The notes under the pieces: generated by a model
What the model saw: only the letters and a program-made list of their open reading frames with translations
What the model was told of the DNA's origin: nothing
Databases searched by the model: none
NCBI GenBank assembly: GCA_964435005.1
Contig: CAYSXA010000001.1
Coordinates: 2,237-66,236 of the forward strand
DNA: 64,000 bases
Origin: an uncultured Anaerolineaceae bacterium
GTDB lineage: Bacteria; Chloroflexota; Anaerolineae; Anaerolineales; DRMV01
Direction of reading: 5' to 3'
In this document: positions 19,436-27,948 of the stretch, piece by piece
How positions within the stretch are numbered: position 1 is the first letter of the stretch
Layout of the letters: every line of letters begins with the position of its first letter
Translations under genes and position numbers: made by a program

Positions 19436-20602
19436 GTGTCCAAAGAAGTTGTCATCGCAGGCGTCGGACAGACGTCATTGGGCGAGCATTGGGATTTCTC
19501 GTTGCGTGAACTGGCCTTTCATGCGGTGGAAGCTGCGATGCAAGATGCCGGCGGCATCCGCCCACAGGCGGTGTTCGTGGCGAACATGCTGGCCTCGGTG
19601 CTCTCTCACCAGGGGCATCTTGGCGCGTTGATCGCCGACTTCGCCGGGCTGTGGGGTGTGGAAGCTATGACGGTGGAGGCCGCTGGCGCTTCTGGCGGGG
19701 TGGCTTTTCGGCAGGCGTTGCTGGCGGTGGCCTCGGGCGCAGTGGATGCGGCGCTGGTGGTCGGCGTGGAGAAACTCACCGACCAGGTCGGCTCGCGGGT
19801 GGATGCGGCCAAGACCATTATGCTGGACAGCGATTATGAATCTGTGCAGGGCGTCACACCGTCGGCGCAGGCGGGGATGCTCATGCGGCGTTACATGTAC
19901 GAGTACGAAGTGCCGCGTGAGGCGTTCGCTGGTTTCCCCATCGTGGCGCATGAGAACGGCGTGCACAATCCAAATGCCATGTTCCGCCGTGCGATCAGCG
20001 AGAAAATCTACCAGCGCGCACCACTTACCAGTGATCCGCTCAATGTTTTTGACGAAGCCCCGGATGCGGATGGTGCAGCGGCGGTGCTGCTCACCCGCCG
20101 CGACTTGCTACCGCCAGAATTCTCGCATCCGCTGGTGGGGGTGGCAGGCTCCAATGTGAGCACGGATACGCTGGCGTTGCATGACCGCCCGGATATGCTG
20201 CGGCTGCGTGCGGCGGAGCGCTCGGTGCAGATCGCCTGCCAGCAGGCTGGCCTGAAGCCAGAGCAGGTGGATCTGTTTGAACTGTACGATGCGTATTCGA
20301 TCTACGCAGCGCTATCGCTGGAGGCCGCGGGCTTTGCGGCGGCTGGCAGAGGGTGGGAACTGGCGCAGAACGGCGCGCTGCGCCGCGATGGGAGCATCCC
20401 GATCTGCACTTTCGGCGGACTGAAAGCACGTGGCAACCCGGGTGGCGCGACAGGGGTATATCAGATCGTGGAAGCTGCGTTGCAACTGCGCGGAGAGGCC
20501 AACGAGAACCAGGTCGAAGGCGCGCGTACTGCGTTAGTGCAGTGTTTTGGCGGCCTGGCATCCACCGTGGCGACGCACGTATTGGCCCGCCTGGAAGATT
20601 GA
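19436..20602 (+). CDS. Thiolase (archaeal-type acetoacetyl-CoA thiolase partner of HMG-CoA synthase)
   Basis: 388 aa thiolase fold (VVIAGVGQT, VEAAGASGG, C-terminal CTFGGLKARGNPGGATG). GTG start after GGGAGG. Confidence 0.8.
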   Translation: MSKEVVIAGVGQTSLGEHWDFSLRELAFHAVEAAMQDAGGIRPQAVFVANMLASVLSHQGHLGALIADFAGLWGVEAMTVEAAGASGGVAFRQALLAVASGAVDAALVVGVEKLTDQVGSRVDAAKTIMLDSDYESVQGVTPSAQAGMLMRRYMYEYEVPREAFAGFPIVAHENGVHNPNAMFRRAISEKIYQRAPLTSDPLNVFDEAPDADGAAAVLLTRRDLLPPEFSHPLVGVAGSNVSTDTLALHDRPDMLRLRAAERSVQIACQQAGLKPEQVDLFELYDAYSIYAALSLEAAGFAAAGRGWELAQNGALRRDGSIPICTFGGLKARGNPGGATGVYQIVEAALQLRGEANENQVEGARTALVQCFGGLASTVATHVLARLED

Positions 20603-20641
20603 TAGTTTCTGATAGCTTCGCAGGCATACACTTCAGGCCGT

Positions 20642-20673
20642 TAGTAAGATCCTTGATTAGTAAGATCCTTGAT
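20642..20673 (+). repeat. Perfect tandem duplication of a 16-nt unit TAGTAAGATCCTTGAT
   Basis: Units at 20642-20657 and 20658-20673, in the AT-rich spacer before the DUF35 gene SD. Confidence 0.9.
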
Positions 20674-20690
20674 GAGGAAGGAGTGCAACA

Positions 20691-21095
20691 ATGGAGATTC
20701 CACGCCATTGGAGATTGAAAAAGCAACGTTACGCATTGGTGGGCGAGGTCTGCCCCCACTGCGATGCCAAAATCTTCCCCCCGCGTGATGTGTGCCCGGA
20801 GTGTGGCCAGGAGGCGAAGACGGACTACCAGTTCAGCGGTCGCGGGGTGGTGTATTCCTATACCCATGTGTACATGAACGCACCGGAGGGTTATGCCGGG
20901 GATGCGCCGTACACCGTGGCACTGGTCAAACTGGATGAGGGAACGATGGTTACAGCTCAACTCACCGATCTGGATGGGCGTGAGGTGGAAATCGGTATGC
21001 CGGTTGAAATGGTCACTCGCCGGCTGCGCTCCGACGGGGATGAACGCGGAATGCTGGTGTACGGTTACAAGTTCCGCCCGGTGCTGGTAGGTTAA
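20691..21095 (+). CDS. DUF35 Zn-ribbon/OB-fold protein (scaffold of the thiolase/HMG-CoA synthase complex)
   Basis: CPHCDAKIFPPRDVCPECG zinc ribbon followed by an OB-fold-like C-terminus. 134 aa. Adjacent to the thiolase. Confidence 0.8.
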   Translation: MEIPRHWRLKKQRYALVGEVCPHCDAKIFPPRDVCPECGQEAKTDYQFSGRGVVYSYTHVYMNAPEGYAGDAPYTVALVKLDEGTMVTAQLTDLDGREVEIGMPVEMVTRRLRSDGDERGMLVYGYKFRPVLVG

Positions 21096-21126
21096 ATCGA
21101 GATCGAAACCCATGAAGTCTGTTAGG

Positions 21127-21167
21127 AGACCTGACGGGGTTCACTAGCCCCGTCAGGTCTTTTTTTC
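21127..21167 (+). terminator. Rho-independent terminator of the mevalonate-entry operon
   Basis: 13-bp stem AGACCTGACGGGG / CCCCGTCAGGTCT, loop TTCACTAG, then TTTTTTT. Confidence 0.9.
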
Positions 21168-21334
21168 TCACGAATTTTTCCGCACCCACCTTCGGACAGG
21201 GGCACTCCGGCGACGGAGTTTATGGTAAACTAACAACATGATGAGCGCGATGATTGGCATGTCCATGCGCAGTCTGCCGGAGCGGTTCCGCGCCTGAGGA
21301 ACCGCCCTGGCCGGCGTTGCCCGGCTCCGGCAAT

Positions 21335-21366
21335 CAGGCTGGCTACGGCCAGCCTGTTGTTTTGTT
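21335..21366 (+). promoter_or_regulatory. Terminator-like hairpin inside the metG 5' leader (possible attenuator)
   Basis: CAGGCTGGC-TACG-GCCAGCCTG followed by TTGTTTTGTT. Ends 26 nt before the metG ATG. Confidence 0.5.
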
Positions 21367-21391
21367 ATCATCCTGTTCTGGAGGACGACCC

Positions 21392-23173
21392 ATGACCGAG
21401 AACATTCTGGTATCCGTCGCCTGGCCCTATGCCAATGCCTACATCCATGTGGGCAATCTGACCGGTGCATATTTGCCAGCGGATATCTTCGCCCGCTATC
21501 ATCGCCTGGCAGGGAACCGCGTGATCATGGTCTCTGGCTCCGATGCCCACGGCACGCCGATCACCGTGCGCGCGGACGACGAGGGCACCACGCCGCTGGA
21601 GGTCTATCAACGCTACCATGCCAGTTTCCTGGAACTCTTCCAGAAATTAGGGCTGGCTTACGATCTGTTCACCACCACACATACAGAGAATCACTTCCGT
21701 GTATCGCAGGCCATCTTCCTTGCGTTGCGAGAGAACGGCTATCTGTACCGGGATACGCAGAAGCAGTGGTATTCGCCCACAGAAGGCCGTTTTCTGCCCG
21801 ACCGGTACGTGGAAGGCACCTGCTACATTTGTGGCTACGAGGGCGCACGCAGCGACCAGTGCGATAAGTGCGGCAACCTGCTCGACCCGGAAAAGCTGAT
21901 CAACCCGCGCACCAAGACCGATGGCTCCACCCCGGAATTGCGTGAGACGGAGCATTTCTTCCTCGACCTGGGCAAATTGCAGGACTTTGTGGTGGATTTC
22001 CTGCGGCAGCGTGAGCACTACTGGCGTCCGAACGTGCTGCGCCAGTCGTTGGGGCAGATCGAGAAGGAACCGCTGCGTGGGCGTCCGATCACCCGCGATC
22101 TGGAGTGGGGTATCCCAGTGCCGGTGGAAGGATGGGAGGAAAAGCGCCTTTATGTGTGGTTCGAGGCGGTGATTGGCTATCTCTCGGCCTCGATTGAGTG
22201 GGCGCACCTGGCCGGCGATCCGCAGGCCTGGCATGCCTGGTGGTACGAGCCGGCACGCGCTTTTTACTTCATCGGTAAAGATAACATTCCTTTCCATGCG
22301 ATCATCTGGCCGGCGCAACTGTACGGAGCAGGTGAGGCCTTCGACCGCCTGTTCGAGAACGGGCCGGGACGCCGGCTCAACCTGCCTTACGATGTGCCGG
22401 CCAATGAGTTCATGAACCTGGAAGGGCGCAAGATCTCCGGCAGCCGCAACTGGGCGGTGTACGGCCTGGACTTCCTCTCGCGCTACGACCCCGACCCTCT
22501 GCGCTACTACCTGACCGTGACCATGCCCGAAACGCGCGACAGCGACTGGGATTGGGCCGACTTCCTGCGCCGCAACAATGACGAGCTGGTGGCTACCTGG
22601 GGGAACCTTGCCAACCGGATGCTTTCTTTTGCCTACAAGCACTGGGAAGGGCGTGTGCCGCAGCCGGGCGCACTGGACGAGCGGGACCGCGAACTGCTGG
22701 CGCAGATCGAGAAAGGCTTTGAGACCGTGGGGGCCGAGATCGACGCTGTGCACCTGCGTGCGGCGTTGAACGAGACCATGCGGCTGGCAGGTGAGGTCAA
22801 CCGCTACCTGGATCAGAAAGCTCCCTGGTTCCAGATCAAGGAAGATCGACAGGCTGCAGCGACCACGGTGTACGTGGCGCTGCGGGCGATCGACTCGCTC
22901 AAGGTGCTGTTTGCCCCCTTCCTGCCGCACAGCAGCGAGCGGCTGCACACATACCTGGGGTACACCTCCCCGATGTTCGGTGAGCAGGGGGTGGAGACGG
23001 TGGAAGATGGGCTGGGTGAGCACACCGTGTTGCGTTACTACCCCGAGAAAGCCACCGGGCGCTGGGCGCCAAGCGACCTGCCTCCGGGGCAGCCGCTGCA
23101 AAAGCCGAAACCGCTCTTCCGCAAACTCGATCCTTCAATCGTCGAAGAAGAGCGAGCCCGATTAGGAAATTAA
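21392..23173 (+). CDS. metG: Methionyl-tRNA synthetase
   Basis: SVAWPYANAYIHVGNL (HIGH-type), Zn knuckles CYICG...CDKCG, KISGSRN (KMSKS-type). SD GGAGGA plus ATG 21392. Confidence 0.93.
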   Translation: MTENILVSVAWPYANAYIHVGNLTGAYLPADIFARYHRLAGNRVIMVSGSDAHGTPITVRADDEGTTPLEVYQRYHASFLELFQKLGLAYDLFTTTHTENHFRVSQAIFLALRENGYLYRDTQKQWYSPTEGRFLPDRYVEGTCYICGYEGARSDQCDKCGNLLDPEKLINPRTKTDGSTPELRETEHFFLDLGKLQDFVVDFLRQREHYWRPNVLRQSLGQIEKEPLRGRPITRDLEWGIPVPVEGWEEKRLYVWFEAVIGYLSASIEWAHLAGDPQAWHAWWYEPARAFYFIGKDNIPFHAIIWPAQLYGAGEAFDRLFENGPGRRLNLPYDVPANEFMNLEGRKISGSRNWAVYGLDFLSRYDPDPLRYYLTVTMPETRDSDWDWADFLRRNNDELVATWGNLANRMLSFAYKHWEGRVPQPGALDERDRELLAQIEKGFETVGAEIDAVHLRAALNETMRLAGEVNRYLDQKAPWFQIKEDRQAAATTVYVALRAIDSLKVLFAPFLPHSSERLHTYLGYTSPMFGEQGVETVEDGLGEHTVLRYYPEKATGRWAPSDLPPGQPLQKPKPLFRKLDPSIVEEERARLGN

Positions 23174-23177
23174 GGCA

Positions 23178-23212
23178 AAGTGTGACGCACCCCAAGGGTG
23201 CGTCACACTTTT
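23178..23212. terminator. Bidirectional terminator between metG and the convergent DUF212 gene
   Basis: 15-bp perfect stem AAGTGTGACGCACCC / GGGTGCGTCACACTT, loop CAA, T-run after it. Confidence 0.85.
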
Positions 23213-23675
23213 ACCGCCAGATCACATACCCCACCTGAGCTACCGCCAGACCCAGGATCACCCCGCCGAGGGCTTCCAGCGGTGTATGGCCGAGCACTTC
23301 ACGGAGTTGTTTTTGATGCTCCTGCCGCAGCGGATGCCCACTCGCCAGATCTCTGATCATAGCGTTGATCAATTCGGCATGCTTCCCTGCCTGGCGGCGG
23401 ATGCCGGTCGCGTCGTAGATCACGATCATCGCGATGGCCACGGCCAGCCCGAACAGTGGCGAATCGAAGCCATGGTACAGCCCGATAGCATGTGCCGTTG
23501 CCGTGACCAGCGCGGAGTGCGAACTGGGCATGCCGCCGGCGCTGAGCAGCATCGCCCAGTTCCAGCGGCGGCTGGTGAAGTACCCCAACGGCACTTTGAG
23601 CGCCTGGGCCAGCCCCCAGGCGATCAGCGCCAGGATCAGGACGTGGTTGTGGAAAATTCCATAAAACGCATTCAT
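23211..23675 (-). CDS. DUF212 / divergent PAP2 (acid phosphatase/vanadium haloperoxidase-related) membrane protein
   Basis: GGMPSSHSALVTA... and IVIYDATGIRRQAGKHA motifs typical of the YuiD/DUF212 family. 154 aa, 4 TM. Confidence 0.8.
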   Translation of the reverse strand: MNAFYGIFHNHVLILALIAWGLAQALKVPLGYFTSRRWNWAMLLSAGGMPSSHSALVTATAHAIGLYHGFDSPLFGLAVAIAMIVIYDATGIRRQAGKHAELINAMIRDLASGHPLRQEHQKQLREVLGHTPLEALGGVILGLAVAQVGYVIWR

Positions 23676-23845
23676 GGTTTCTCGTGGATGATTGGTAACC
23701 AGAATAGAAGTGTGTGTCCTTTAGAGACTGGATGATACTCAGACAATGGCGGTGCCTCTTTGAGGGGCAGCAGTCGCTGGCGCTATTTGCTTACGTGCGC
23801 GATGGTAGGCTTGCCAGAGCAGTGAAGGCAAGCGGGTGGATGAAC

Positions 23846-24210
23846 TCATTCAGCGGTGGGGAGCCGGAGAACAATTTGCCGAAAATGGGTGCGATGAAGA
23901 ACAAAGGCAGGGTTGTTGTGGAAAAGCGATTTCATGGCACTGCTCCCTGAGTTGAGTTTGCGGCCTGGGTGTGGGGGTATTGTGCACTGCCCAGCCGTAA
24001 AGTCCAGCAGGTTGTCTGGGCGCGGGTGGGTGCCCAGCACGTCCAAATGAGCTGGGACCTCTCCAGGAACCATGCTCCGCTCGTGGGCCGCTCAGTACCA
24101 GTACTTGCGCGGTTGCGCGATTGTTCACCACGTAGGCGCAAAGTGCACAGATGAGGTAAAAAGCCCGTTTTTCTCTGCGTTCCCGGCGTTTCCAGCGGTG
24201 AAGCGGTCAT
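23846..24210 (-). pseudogene. Possible frameshifted/truncated remnant of a CoA-transferase beta subunit
   Basis: ATG at 24210, 27 nt after the alpha-subunit stop. Fragments in three frames weakly resemble beta-subunit N-termini (..ICALCAYVVNN..QVLVLSG.., ..LGTHPRPDNLLDFTAGQ..). A5/T5 homopolymers at 24158-24172. No intact ORF in the 560-nt gap. Confidence 0.3.
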
Positions 24211-24236
24211 GGACCACGGGTGATGCGTAACTTCTG

Positions 24237-25142
24237 TCAGTACCCGAAATCCACCGGCGCGGAAGGGGCGGGATGTCGGATGCGGAGCGCATCCAGCCGC
24301 GCCGCGCCCAGGCGGGCCAGGTAGGCTTCCCAATCGCCGCCGAGCACCCAGGTCTCCAGCCAGCAGGCGAAATCCTGCGCTGTGCGGCTCTGGTCGCGGT
24401 ATTCCAGAAAGGCGCGGTGGTCGCGGTTGTAGCAGCCGGGAACGGGCGAGGGGTGCGCTCCCCAGGGGACTTCCGCCACCGCACACACCTTCCAGTTCGG
24501 GAAGGGTATGCGGTTGGGGTCGGAGCGGATCACCTCGTCGGACACGATTTCTTCGCAGGTGATCAGCACGCGGTCGGCGGCCAGGGCAGCTTCGCGGCAC
24601 ATGCCCAGGTTGCCCCACAGATGGACGTTGCCCCGACGGTCGGCGCGCTGTACGTGCAGGATGGTGACATCCGGGCGCAGTGCCTGCACCGCAAGCAGCA
24701 ACTCCTCGTTGAAGGGATCGCGCATTATCTTTAGATGGGGGTTGGTTTGCGGCAGGTCGCTGCCCAGCGCGCTGCGGGTAGGCAGGAAGGGCAATCCCCA
24801 GGCTGCTGCACGCAGGGCCATCGCCAGCAGCAGATTGGAGTAATCCACCACCTGGATCTGACCGCTTTCCGCCGCGCGGCGGAAGTTGTAGGCCGATCCA
24901 GTGATCACATTGCCCACCCAGGCGGCGTGCACCGCGCGCACGCACCCCGCGCCGATCAGTTGATCGAACAGCATGTCCGAGATCGGGGCAATCAGCGTGA
25001 GGTCGCGTTTACCCTGGCGGATGATCTCGTGCCCGGCGGCGAAGGGGATCAGTGTTTCCTGCGCCATCCCCAGCGCCACCGCGTCGCCATCGCGGACGTA
25101 GCGGGCGATGGCTTCTGAAAGCGGAAGCACTTTGTCACTCAT
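24237..25142 (-). CDS. Class I CoA-transferase alpha subunit (glutaconate/3-oxoacid CoA-transferase A-like)
   Basis: MSDKVLPLSEAIARYVRDGDAVALG..., RADRRGNVHLWG..., about 300 aa. Start ATG at 25142 (ORF-track start at 25187 is less likely). Divergent from the BCR-like operon. Confidence 0.75.
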   Translation of the reverse strand: MSDKVLPLSEAIARYVRDGDAVALGMAQETLIPFAAGHEIIRQGKRDLTLIAPISDMLFDQLIGAGCVRAVHAAWVGNVITGSAYNFRRAAESGQIQVVDYSNLLLAMALRAAAWGLPFLPTRSALGSDLPQTNPHLKIMRDPFNEELLLAVQALRPDVTILHVQRADRRGNVHLWGNLGMCREAALAADRVLITCEEIVSDEVIRSDPNRIPFPNWKVCAVAEVPWGAHPSPVPGCYNRDHRAFLEYRDQSRTAQDFACWLETWVLGGDWEAYLARLGAARLDALRIRHPAPSAPVDFGY

Positions 25143-25357
25143 GCGGTTTCCATGTGGTGGTGTTCTGCGTCGCGCATCTCGTGGCATAGCAACTGGTCAA
25201 CTTCGGTCTTGAGAAGCATATCACGAAATTTGATGCTGTGGGGGACTTTGTGGGGCGTCGGTCGCTGAACGGTACCAGGCGCGCCACTCGGCTACGCTCA
25301 TGAAGCGCGTATTCTTGCGCGGTATCACGCTGCTCTGGCTTGCTGTCTTCTTTATCG

Positions 25358-25415
25358 TGAAAAATGTCACTTTGTTGACAAACCGGTAAATCTGTGTATA
25401 CTGAAAATGTCTCAC
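25358..25415 (+). promoter_or_regulatory. Candidate operator repeats bracketing the promoter of the BCR-like operon
   Basis: TGAAAAATGTCAC (25358-25370) and TGAAAATGTCTCAC (25402-25415), plus inverted TGTCA/TGACA (25365-25369 / 25376-25380) overlapping the -35. Confidence 0.35.
25375..25402 (+). promoter_or_regulatory. Sigma-70-type promoter of the BCR-like/aromatic supercluster
   Basis: TTGACA (25375-25380), 16-nt spacer, TATACT (25397-25402). AT-rich divergent intergenic region. Confidence 0.6.
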
Positions 25416-25462
25416 TATTTCATACGGTCGCTGAAAAACCGACGCATAAACAGGAGATGTCT

Positions 25463-26629
25463 ATGACGGTCACCGTATTCGACGCCTGGCAGGGGAAAGA
25501 CCTCGACGAGGTGATCCACCTGTGCCGGGAGTTGTTGGAAGATATGTCCTTCCCCACCGTGCGGCGCTGGCGGGAGGCCGGTGGCAAGGTGCTGGGGCAC
25601 TTCCAGGTGTACTTCCCGGAGGAGGTCGCTCACGCGGCCGGGATGTTGCCGTTCAAGGTGCGCGGCGCGCCGGTCGAACCGATGCAGGCCGATTCGCGTT
25701 TCGGCTCCTACCTGTGTTCTATCCTGAAAACTTCGCTGGAGATCGTGCTGCGCGGCTGGGTGGAACTGGACATATTCGTCACCCACCCGATCTGTGACGC
25801 GGCCCGCAACCTGGCGGCCATCTGGGGACGCAATTTCGACTATCCCTGCGAAATCCTCTACCTGCCCCAGAACGCCAATTCCGCCTACGCGGTGGAGTAT
25901 CTGCGAGGCGAGTACGAGCGGGTGCTGCACGAGTGTGAGCGTATCACTGGCCAGCGAGTGACCGAGGATGACCTGCGGCGCTCGCTGGCGGTGTTTAACC
26001 GCAACCGCGCTTTGATCCGCCGGCTATACGAGATCAAGCGCGAACAGCCCTGGCTGCTGGCGGTGGACGAGGCCTATACCCTGATCTCCGTGGGTGGCAT
26101 GATCCCGCGCGAAGAGCATAACGCCATGCTCGAGGCCGTGATCCCGATGATTGAGGCCCGCCAGGCGCGTCCACAGGACAAAATGCGTGTGGTCTTCGAG
26201 GGTGGTTTCTGCGAGCAGCCCCCGCTGGACTTCCTGACCGTGATCGCCCGCTCCTGCTACGTGGTGGACGACGACCTGATGGTGGGGCTGCGCTGGATCA
26301 CCGAAGATGTGCCGCTGGAGGGCGATCCGCTGCTCAATCTGGCAGAGGCGTACATCGATAAATCGCTCTACAGTCCGGTGCAGCACGACGCGCGCAAGCC
26401 CAAAGAGGCCATGCTGTTGAAAAAGATGCGCGACAGCCGCGCCGGGACGGCCATCGTCGCCGCCGCCAAGATGTGCGAGCCTGGCCTGGAAGATCAGGTG
26501 GCCTATACCCATGCTCTGGACAAGGAGGGGCTGCCCTTCTTTGTCACCGAATTCGAAGAGAACATGACCAGTTTCGACCACCTGGAGATCCAACTGGAGA
26601 CCTTTGTGGAAAACCTGCTGTTTGCGTGA
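25463..26629 (+). CDS. BcrC/BadD/HgdB-family subunit of a benzoyl-CoA-reductase-like / 2-hydroxyacyl-CoA-dehydratase-like enzyme
   Basis: LSFPTVRRWREAGGKVLGHFQVYFPEEVAHAAGMLPF, a family-typical N-terminus. SD AGGAG plus ATG 25463 (ATG 25457 is an alternative). Confidence 0.8.
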   Translation: MTVTVFDAWQGKDLDEVIHLCRELLEDMSFPTVRRWREAGGKVLGHFQVYFPEEVAHAAGMLPFKVRGAPVEPMQADSRFGSYLCSILKTSLEIVLRGWVELDIFVTHPICDAARNLAAIWGRNFDYPCEILYLPQNANSAYAVEYLRGEYERVLHECERITGQRVTEDDLRRSLAVFNRNRALIRRLYEIKREQPWLLAVDEAYTLISVGGMIPREEHNAMLEAVIPMIEARQARPQDKMRVVFEGGFCEQPPLDFLTVIARSCYVVDDDLMVGLRWITEDVPLEGDPLLNLAEAYIDKSLYSPVQHDARKPKEAMLLKKMRDSRAGTAIVAAAKMCEPGLEDQVAYTHALDKEGLPFFVTEFEENMTSFDHLEIQLETFVENLLFA

Positions 26630-26641
26630 AGGAGTAGAGGC

Positions 26642-27928
26642 ATGGCGAAATCAGAAAACGGTCTGGTAGGTCGTGGCAACCGCGAGGGCGCAGCGTTGTT
26701 CCGGCAGTGGTTCGCAGATCTGACCCAACGGGCGGAGCGAAATGAGGGCGCAGCATACGTGTTCGTGATGGGCAGTATGGCCGAGATCCTGCGCGTGTTC
26801 GACCTGCCGACCGTGTTCCCCGAAATCACCTCGCTGCAAACCGCCGTGCGCCATGTGGCGCATGAGTATCTGAGCGCTGCGGAGGACTACGGTTATTCGC
26901 CGGACATCTGCGGCTACGTGAAGGCCGATATTGCATTGCAATTGCGTGGCGGCGAGCACCCCATGGGCAAGGTGCCGCGTCCCATGATTGCTGTGGCGAC
27001 TAACGCTTGCAACACCTACATCAAATGGGGTGAGGCCTGGGAGCGCATGTACAAGGCCCCGCTCTTCGTGCTGGATGTGCCTGCCACGCGGCGCGGCGGC
27101 GCGCAGACCTGGCCAGGCGATCCTGGCTTTGAGCGCGACCGCCGGTACGTGGAAGGTCAACTGCGCGAACTGATTGCCCTCTGTGAAGAAGTCACCGGCA
27201 AGAAGTTCGACATCGACCGCCTGCGCGAGATTCTGGGCTACGCCAATCGCATGAACAAGAACTGGGCACGCGTGCTGGAACTCAACCAGAGCGTGCCCAG
27301 TTTGTTCAACGCCCTGACCGACGGCACCATCTATCTGGGCGTCTCCAACGCCTTTCGCGGCACGCACGAGGGTGCGGAGTTCTTCGAGCGCCTGGTGGAG
27401 GAGATGGAGTACAAGGCCGCCAACGGCATCGGCACCCTGGTGGATGAGAAGTACCGGCTCACGTTCGTGGGTGTGCCATGTTACCCCATCTTCCGTCGCT
27501 TCAATGAACTGTTTACCGAATGGGGCGGCACGTTTGTGGTCTCTACGTATCTGATGTTCGCTTCTGGCGGGGCCAACATGGGCTTTGAATACAACCTGAA
27601 CCGCCCGCTGGAAAGCCTGGCCGAAGGTGTGTTGATCAGCGTGCGCGATGCGATGGATAGCATGTTCCACCAGGATCAGGTGGTGCTGCGCACGCTGGAT
27701 TCTTACAAGATCGACGGTGTGGTGTACCACCCGATCAAGAGTTGCCGTACCGTGTCCACTGGCCTGGCCGACGGGCGGCGCGCGCTGCTGGAATCTCGCG
27801 ACGTGCCCAGCCTGTTCATCGAATCGGACATGATGGATCGGCGGGTGGTCTCCGAAGCGCAGTTGAAGAACCGCATTGACGCCTTCTTCGAGGGGCTGGC
27901 GGCGCGCAGGGCCGCTGCGCTGGCCTGA
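26642..27928 (+). CDS. BcrB/BadE/HgdA-family subunit of the same enzyme
   Basis: 428 aa paralogous fold (..[11 protein letters not shown].., ..[10 protein letters not shown].., ..CNTYIKW.., ..[12 protein letters not shown]..), immediately downstream. Confidence 0.8.
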   Translation: MAKSENGLVGRGNREGAALFRQWFADLTQRAERNEGAAYVFVMGSMAEILRVFDLPTVFPEITSLQTAVRHVAHEYLSAAEDYGYSPDICGYVKADIALQLRGGEHPMGKVPRPMIAVATNACNTYIKWGEAWERMYKAPLFVLDVPATRRGGAQTWPGDPGFERDRRYVEGQLRELIALCEEVTGKKFDIDRLREILGYANRMNKNWARVLELNQSVPSLFNALTDGTIYLGVSNAFRGTHEGAEFFERLVEEMEYKAANGIGTLVDEKYRLTFVGVPCYPIFRRFNELFTEWGGTFVVSTYLMFASGGANMGFEYNLNRPLESLAEGVLISVRDAMDSMFHQDQVVLRTLDSYKIDGVVYHPIKSCRTVSTGLADGRRALLESRDVPSLFIESDMMDRRVVSEAQLKNRIDAFFEGLAARRAAALA

Positions 27929-27948
27929 TTTCACCCAAGGAGGATTGT

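Noticed and set aside
21254-21391. 46-codon N-terminal extension of the metG ORF
   Set aside because: It contains the terminator-like hairpin and has Cys/Pro/Gly-rich non-protein-like sequence. The conserved MetRS N-terminus and SD are at 21392.
23714-23950. 78-aa + strand ORF in the gap between the DUF212 and CoA-transferase genes
   Set aside because: It has no SD and no motifs, and it sits in the region better explained as decayed CoA-transferase beta-subunit sequence on the opposite strand.
23932-24945. 337-aa minus-strand ORF overlapping the CoA-transferase gene in another frame
   Set aside because: Pro/Arg/Gly-rich low-complexity translation. The alternative frame (24237-25142) has clear CoA-transferase alpha motifs.
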